A DNA stretch of 64,000 nt from Candidatus Nomurabacteria bacterium. Its GTDB lineage: Bacteria > Patescibacteriota > Minisyncoccia > Phycocordibacterales > UBA9973. The position numbers were made by a program, and so were the translations under genes. Position 1 is the stretch's first letter. Each line of letters starts with the position of its first letter. Shown here one piece after another: positions 58,587 to 64,000 of the stretch. The stretch spans positions 85 to 64,084 of the forward strand of contig JAPLXU010000015.1 of the NCBI GenBank assembly GCA_026395915.1. The letters are read 5' to 3'. Below the pieces are notes generated by a model. The model was not told where the DNA came from and did not search any database. It worked only from the letters and a program-made list of their open reading frames with translations.

Positions 58587-59137
58587 TGCAAACACAATCA
58601 AAAGTTTTGAAATGGGCTCTCATTATAGGCATTGTTATTGTGCTAAATATGTTTTTTAATTATGCGTTGTCTTTAGTTTATAAAAATCCAAAATTCGAAA
58701 ATTTTTGCCCGAACACCTCTCAGGTTGTAAATGTTGTGAACACTCAAAAGCAATGTGTTGATCTTGGCGGTCAGTGGAATCCCAATACTAACTATCAGGC
58801 ATACAATCAACCAATGGCAATAGATAAAACAGCTCCTCAAGGCTACTGTGACCAGCAATTCACTTGCCGAAACAATTTTGATTCGGCGCAAAAAGTTTAC
58901 GATCGAAATGTGTTCATCACTCTGGTCATCTTGGGTGCCATCTGTGTGGCTGTCGGTAATTTTTTTGCTGGAAATTTGCTAATCAGTGTCGCTCTTTCTT
59001 TGGCAGGTGTTTTGTCGTTCATCATCGCTTCGATGAGATACTGGGGTTCAGCTGACGATTTGATAAAAGTGATTATCTTGGCGATAGCTTTGGCGATTTT
59101 GATTTGGGTGGCAATTAAAAAGTTTAAGAATAATTAA
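58586..59137 (+). CDS. membrane protein, unknown function
   Basis: N-terminal TM, Cys-rich middle, two C-terminal TM helices. Confidence 0.45.
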   Translation: MQTQSKVLKWALIIGIVIVLNMFFNYALSLVYKNPKFENFCPNTSQVVNVVNTQKQCVDLGGQWNPNTNYQAYNQPMAIDKTAPQGYCDQQFTCRNNFDSAQKVYDRNVFITLVILGAICVAVGNFFAGNLLISVALSLAGVLSFIIASMRYWGSADDLIKVIILAIALAILIWVAIKKFKNN

Positions 59138-59164
59138 TTATGAAGGACGGTCCTCCACAGAAAT

Positions 59165-62092
59165 ATGAAAGAATACGATCATAAGAAAATTGAAAAAAAG
59201 TGGCAGAAGGAATGGGAGAAAAAAGAAATTTATTACGCCAAAGATAATTCTAAAAATCCAAAATTCTACGGCTTGATCGAATTTCCGTATCCCTCCGGCG
59301 CGGGAATGCACGCGGGGCACATACGTTCCAATACCGCCATGGACATCATTTCTCGCAAACGCAGAATGGAAGGATACAATGTGCTTTATCCGATAGGTTG
59401 GGACGCCTTTGGTTTACCGACAGAAAACTATGCGATAAAGACCGGCATTCATCCGATAAAAGTGACAAAGAGCAACACAGATACTTTCAGGAGACAATTA
59501 AAAGCTCTCGGTTTTTCTTTTGACTGGTCGCGAGAAATTAACACAACAGATCCGAAATATTACAAATGGACGCAATGGATATTTTTACAATTTTTCAAAA
59601 AAGGCTTGGCGTATAAGGCTAAAATGGCGATAAACTGGTGCCCAAAAGACAAGATCGGTTTGGCAAATGAAGAAGTAGTGGATGGCAAGTGTGAACGTTG
59701 CGGCGCTACGGTGGAAAAGAGAGAGAAAGAACAATGGATGCTCGCGATTACAAAATATGCAGACAGACTTTATAAAGATTTGGATGACGTGGACTATCTG
59801 TCACAGATCAAACTCGGGCAGAGGAATTGGATAGGGAGAAGCGAGGGAATAATGTTTACGGAAAAAGTAAAAGATTTGGGAATCAAAATCGAGGCGTATG
59901 ATTCCATACCTCAGACTTTCATGGCGCAGACTTTTTGCGTCATCGCGCCGGAACATCCGCTCGTGAAAAAACTCATTGAAGGAACAAAATATGAAAAACC
60001 CGTCTTGTCTTTCATTGAGGAATTTAAAAAAAGAAAAATCAAAAATCCAGTTGAGACAGAAAAAGAAATTGAAGGTATTTTTACTGGGCGATATGTCGAC
60101 AATCCTTTTAGCACAGGCGATTTGCCGATCTGGGTTGCTACTTTCGTAATTGCCGATTATGGGACGGGTATTGTGAATTCGAGCGCTCATGATGAACGTG
60201 ATTTTGCTTTTGCGAAAAAATACAATATTCCTCTGCGCACTGTCGCGGAACCTCTCTTTGTTAAAACTGACGGTGAGGATGCATTTCAGAAAGACAAACC
60301 TTTCGTCGAAAGAAATGCGGTTGTTTGCGTTATAAAGCATTGGTCTGAAGACAAGTATCTTTTATTGAATTGGAAAAAAGCTGTGTGGAGAGGTTTTGTT
60401 GTTGGTGGCATCGAGGGAGGAGAAAAAATCGAAGATACAGCGTTAAGAGAAATACGAGAAGAAACTGGCTACAAAAATATGCGTTTTATAAAATCCCTTC
60501 CAAAAGTTCATTCCCAATTTTTTCAGCCGGTTAAAAAAGTTAATCGTTTTGCCCATTTTCACCCAGTTTATGTCGAGCTCACAAATGGAGACAGGGAAGA
60601 TGTTTCACAAGAGGAAAAAGATTTGCACGAAGTTGTTTGGGTTTCAAAAAACGAAGTTGAATCTTCTCTCAATAGGGACGATATGAAATGGATATGGGAA
60701 AGTTCTCAAGGTATAGAGAAATCCATCATGAAAAATGGAATTCTTACTGAACCGATAGAATTCAAAGGCAGGGAATGGTCTGAAGTTCGTGAGGATGTAA
60801 TAAATTATATTGTGAAAAAAGGTTTTGGTTATCGAAAAGTAAACTTCAAGCTACGCGACTGGGTGTTTTCTCGACAGCGATATTGGGGCGAGCCTATTCC
60901 TGTAATTCATTGTCCCTCCTGCGCCAAGGCTTCGGCGGGCAAGGAAAATGCGGGCTGGATTCCTGTGCCGGAGAAAGATTTACCTGTTGAACTTCCGAAA
61001 GTAAAAAATTATCAGCCAACGGACAGCGGAGAATCGCCACTTGCAAATATCGCGAAGTGGGTCAATGTCAAATGTCCAAAGTGTAAAGGCAAAGCAAAGA
61101 GGGAAACTGACACAATGCCAAACTGGGCGGGATCAAGTTGGTATTATCTTCGTTATGTTGATCCAAAAAATAATAAAGAATTTGCAAGCAAGAAAAATTT
61201 GAAATATTGGACGCCTGTCGATTGGTACAACGGAGGCAACGAACATACTACTCTGCATCTTTTATATTCGCGTTTCTGGCACAAGTTTCTTTTTGATGAG
61301 GGTTTAGTGCCGACGTCCGAGCCGTATAAAAAACGCACTTCACATGGAATGATATTGGCTGATGACGGAACAAAATTCTCAAAATCAAAGGGCAATGGAG
61401 TTGATCCGGAAGAGATTGTGAAAATCTACGGCGCAGACAGTTTACGATTGTATGAAATGTTTATGGGTCCTTTTGATCAATCTGTGTCTTGGAGTTCGGA
61501 TGGCATGATTGGGCCGAGGAGATTTATCGAAAAAGTTTGGAGGCTGTCAAGGACCGTCCTTGACATGAACCCAAAGATGTCAAAGACGGTCTTTGACAGT
61601 GACTCAAAATTGCAAAAACTTCTTCATAAGACCATAAAAAAAGTCTCGGAAGACGTTGAAGAGATGCGTTTCAATACGGCGATTTCGGCAATGATGATTC
61701 TTTCCACTGAAATGGAAAAGGCTGAATATGTTTTGGTTGAGGATTTCAGAAAGTTTTTGCAAATTCTCGCGCCGTTCGCTCCGCATGTCGCGGAAGAGCT
61801 TTGGCAAAGAACGGTTCTTAAAGAAGTTTCCCCAAGAACCGTTCTTAAAAATTCTATCCATCTCTCCGCTTGGCCAAAATGGGACGAGAATCTGATAAAA
61901 GATGAGGAAGTAAAAATCGCGGTGCAAATAAACGGTAAAGTCAGAGCAGAAATTATGATCCAAACGGACGATAGCGAGGATACGGTAAAACAAAAAGCTT
62001 TGACGAATGAAATTATTCTGAAACACATGGTTGGGCGAGACGTGAAAAAAGTCATTTATGTGAAAGGCAGATTGGTAAATATCGTGGCTTAA
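59165..62092 (+). CDS. leuS: leucyl-tRNA synthetase with reduced CP1 editing domain and an inserted Nudix hydrolase domain
   Basis: HIGH-type PYPSGAGMHAGH, KMSKS-type KFSKSKGN, Zn-1 NWCPKDKIGLANEEV..CERCG, and Nudix box GGIEGGEKIEDTALREIREETGY at 60404-60472. Confidence 0.85.
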   Translation: MKEYDHKKIEKKWQKEWEKKEIYYAKDNSKNPKFYGLIEFPYPSGAGMHAGHIRSNTAMDIISRKRRMEGYNVLYPIGWDAFGLPTENYAIKTGIHPIKVTKSNTDTFRRQLKALGFSFDWSREINTTDPKYYKWTQWIFLQFFKKGLAYKAKMAINWCPKDKIGLANEEVVDGKCERCGATVEKREKEQWMLAITKYADRLYKDLDDVDYLSQIKLGQRNWIGRSEGIMFTEKVKDLGIKIEAYDSIPQTFMAQTFCVIAPEHPLVKKLIEGTKYEKPVLSFIEEFKKRKIKNPVETEKEIEGIFTGRYVDNPFSTGDLPIWVATFVIADYGTGIVNSSAHDERDFAFAKKYNIPLRTVAEPLFVKTDGEDAFQKDKPFVERNAVVCVIKHWSEDKYLLLNWKKAVWRGFVVGGIEGGEKIEDTALREIREETGYKNMRFIKSLPKVHSQFFQPVKKVNRFAHFHPVYVELTNGDREDVSQEEKDLHEVVWVSKNEVESSLNRDDMKWIWESSQGIEKSIMKNGILTEPIEFKGREWSEVREDVINYIVKKGFGYRKVNFKLRDWVFSRQRYWGEPIPVIHCPSCAKASAGKENAGWIPVPEKDLPVELPKVKNYQPTDSGESPLANIAKWVNVKCPKCKGKAKRETDTMPNWAGSSWYYLRYVDPKNNKEFASKKNLKYWTPVDWYNGGNEHTTLHLLYSRFWHKFLFDEGLVPTSEPYKKRTSHGMILADDGTKFSKSKGNGVDPEEIVKIYGADSLRLYEMFMGPFDQSVSWSSDGMIGPRRFIEKVWRLSRTVLDMNPKMSKTVFDSDSKLQKLLHKTIKKVSEDVEEMRFNTAISAMMILSTEMEKAEYVLVEDFRKFLQILAPFAPHVAEELWQRTVLKEVSPRTVLKNSIHLSAWPKWDENLIKDEEVKIAVQINGKVRAEIMIQTDDSEDTVKQKALTNEIILKHMVGRDVKKVIYVKGRLVNIVA

Positions 62093-62099
62093 TTTGCGC

Positions 62100-62128
62100 T
62101 TGACATAGATTATCCATTTGTATATACT
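62100..62128 (+). promoter_or_regulatory. near-consensus sigma70 promoter TTGACA-17 nt-TATACT ending 7 nt before the antitoxin ATG (leaderless-type)
   Basis: read directly. Confidence 0.5.
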
Positions 62129-62135
62129 TTCAGAT

Positions 62136-62378
62136 ATGGATACCACAATGTTAATCAAAACTAAAAAGGATCTTAAATTAAAAGCGCAAGAATTAGCTAG
62201 CGATCTTGGTTTTTCTTTGACGGATATAGTGAATGCGTCTTTAAGGCAATTTGTTATCAATCAAGGCATAATGATATCTAAATTTCCCACCGATACTTTA
62301 GACGCATGGCGGAATTTTTCTAAAGATAAATTTTTAAAATCTTACAATAAATCTGACGCAATTTATGACCAAATATAG
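62136..62378 (+). CDS. RelB/DinJ-family ribbon-helix-helix antitoxin
   Basis: MDTTMLIKTKKDLKLKAQELASDLGFSLTDIVNASLRQFV; 14-nt overlap with the downstream toxin gene. Confidence 0.55.
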   Translation: MDTTMLIKTKKDLKLKAQELASDLGFSLTDIVNASLRQFVINQGIMISKFPTDTLDAWRNFSKDKFLKSYNKSDAIYDQI

Positions 62379-62688
62379 ATTTGGCGATATTGTTTTGGTT
62401 GTTTTTATCCAGACAGACGGTATTAGAAAACAACGTCCCGCGCTTGTTGTTTTGGATATTGGTGATGATGATCTTATCTTGGCTCCTATAACAACCACTG
62501 AAAGAAAAAGCAAAGGAGATTATAAAATAAAAAATTGGCAACAATCCGGATTACTACTTAATTCATGGGTCAGATTGGCCAAAATTTCTTGTTTAAGTAA
62601 AAGCGATATTTTCAAACAACTTGGCTCTTTTAATGCAAGTGATACGAAACAGGTAGTTCTAATTTGGAATAAATTATATAAATTTTAA
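62365..62688 (+). CDS. MazF/PemK-family toxin
   Basis: RFGDIVLVVF...RPALVVLDIG...LAPITTT pattern. Confidence 0.65.
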   Translation: MTKYRFGDIVLVVFIQTDGIRKQRPALVVLDIGDDDLILAPITTTERKSKGDYKIKNWQQSGLLLNSWVRLAKISCLSKSDIFKQLGSFNASDTKQVVLIWNKLYKF

Positions 62689-62869
62689 GCCTATTTAAAA
62701 ATTTGTGCGGAAGTGCATGGAAGCCTTTGCTTCAGCAAAAAAAGTTATCCCCACCTCTCCCATATTTTCCCTTGTTATCACCAGCCTATATTTGTTAAAA
62801 TATATAGGTTCTTAAATGCTTTTGCTTTCAAGAAAGCAAAAGCGGAATAAGAAAAAATGCAACATAAAA

Positions 62870-64000
62870 ATGTTTTCAATTGTTTTGCTGTTTGGAAGGC
62901 AAGCCCAAGCTTTTAATATCAATTCTATCTTTCTTCAAGCTAATACTGTAGCTTCCACTGTCGGAGAAAGCGTCTCTTCCTACTGGAACAACTATTCAAA
63001 CTTTCTCAACAAACAAGTAAATAATCTCTCTTCTGATTTAGCAAATTCTTTCACAAGCTATTACAACGATTACACCTCTGGACTTGCTACTGTTTTGTAT
63101 CCGGTAAAAACAGTTGCGCCAGTCAAAAATTCTCCTCTTGAGGAGTACCCTTTAGGGGGAGGTGGAGTGTCCACCCCGGCTTCCGCCACCCCTCAAGATG
63201 GGAATCTTCCACCCCGTCCTTTGATTACAAAGTCCACCCCTCAAGAGGGGAATACAAAGATCGTCTACATCCAAGGTCCAGCAGGACCACAAGGACCCGT
63301 GGGTCCCCAAGGTCCTCAAGGACCAGCGGGCGCTTCGACGAGTCTAGCTTCTCCTTCCTTTCAGCCTGCCTATGTCGGCATCATTCAACCCAATCCCGCT
63401 CAAAACTTCTCTGGCGCCACTCTTTTCTCCGCCACTGATTTATCTTCAAATCATTTTACAACAAATACTGCTCATATTACCGATGTCACTGTTTCTGGAA
63501 GTTCTGTGCTCTCCGGAAGTTTGAGTGTTGCAGGAGCAACCACATTAGCCGGCACTCTAAACGTTACCGGCACTATCACTGGAAATGTCACTGGTTCGAT
63601 GAATCCAAATCTCACTCTCGGCTCTGTCCTTCTCCAAGGAGCAAGTGGTATCACCGAAGACAATGCAAACTTTTTCTATGATGCTACCAATCACGCTCTT
63701 GGTCTTGGCACGATCACTCCAGCTTCGACTTCTATTCTAGATTTAACTTCCACCACTAAAGGTTTCCTTCCTCCGAGAATGACGACCACCCAAAAGAACG
63801 CTATCGTTTCTCCTGCTACTGGCTTAACTATCTTTGACACTACCTTAAACAAACTAAACGTCTTCAACGGCACTGTTTGGAAGAATGTCGGCTCGGCTGA
63901 AATCGGTGGGGAAGTGACAGGCAGTACAGCAGGCTCTGTTCTCTTTGTTGATTCTTCTGGTCTAGCGCAAGACAATTCCAATCTCTTCTACGATTCCACA
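62870..64000 (+). CDS. secreted collagen-like (G-P-x triple-helix repeat) protein with a long T/S/G-rich beta-rich tail; partial, runs off the window
   Basis: hand translation from ATG 62870. It has a signal peptide MFSIVLLFGRQAQA and GPAGPQGPVGPQGPQGPAG at ~63290-63340. There is no stop before 64000. It is absent from the ORF track because it is open-ended. Confidence 0.6.
   Translation, partial: MFSIVLLFGRQAQAFNINSIFLQANTVASTVGESVSSYWNNYSNFLNKQVNNLSSDLANSFTSYYNDYTSGLATVLYPVKTVAPVKNSPLEEYPLGGGGVSTPASATPQDGNLPPRPLITKSTPQEGNTKIVYIQGPAGPQGPVGPQGPQGPAGASTSLASPSFQPAYVGIIQPNPAQNFSGATLFSATDLSSNHFTTNTAHITDVTVSGSSVLSGSLSVAGATTLAGTLNVTGTITGNVTGSMNPNLTLGSVLLQGASGITEDNANFFYDATNHALGLGTITPASTSILDLTSTTKGFLPPRMTTTQKNAIVSPATGLTIFDTTLNKLNVFNGTVWKNVGSAEIGGEVTGSTAGSVLFVDSSGLAQDNSNLFYDST

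Noticed and set aside
1-64000. CRISPR arrays or rRNA genes
   Set aside because: No regularly spaced direct repeats of 24-48 nt were seen anywhere. There are no long GC-balanced non-coding stretches resembling 16S/23S/5S. The only RNA genes supported are tRNA-Ala and tRNA-Asn.

Overview
This window is AT-rich and gene-dense. Its content suggests a Candidate Phyla Radiation / Patescibacteria-type bacterium; that assignment is an inference, not a database result. The supporting traits are a split transketolase, three GH130/DUF377 glycosidase genes, many secreted proteins with C-terminal peptidoglycan-binding domains, a compact YchF, and promoters that look leaderless. A housekeeping backbone (hpf, fmt, def, hisS, lepB, pth, dnaE, gap, rpiB, rpe, tkt N and C halves, ychF, leuS) is interrupted by two putative integrative islands. 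Each island carries a large serine recombinase whose 3' end runs into a host gene: tRNA-Ala at ~6.28 kb and the 5' end of ychF at ~56.8 kb. Island 1 (~4.1-6.3 kb) has a 107-bp perfect inverted repeat framing the recombinase and directly abutting tRNA-Ala, followed by tRNA-Asn, tRNA debris and a 5'-truncated TspO gene. Island 2 (~44.2-56.9 kb) carries a ParB-like protein, a Dam-type methyltransferase and a small PD-(D/E)xK nuclease. It also carries Zn-ribbon/HNH proteins, a gene-free 1.2-kb stretch and a ~290-aa Spo11/Topo VI-A-like 'mini-A' protein. Other notable items follow. leuS has a Nudix hydrolase domain inserted and a shrunken editing domain. A 70-nt element occurs twice in inverted orientation 12 kb apart with different closing helices in each copy. 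A CGAGAGAGAGAGAGAGTAAA motif sits in the 5' leaders of two genes for giant secreted PG-binding proteins. There are three toxin-antitoxin modules and a disrupted rRNA-methyltransferase-like gene. No CRISPR array or rRNA gene was seen. All functional calls rest on motif-level recognition by eye and carry the stated uncertainty.
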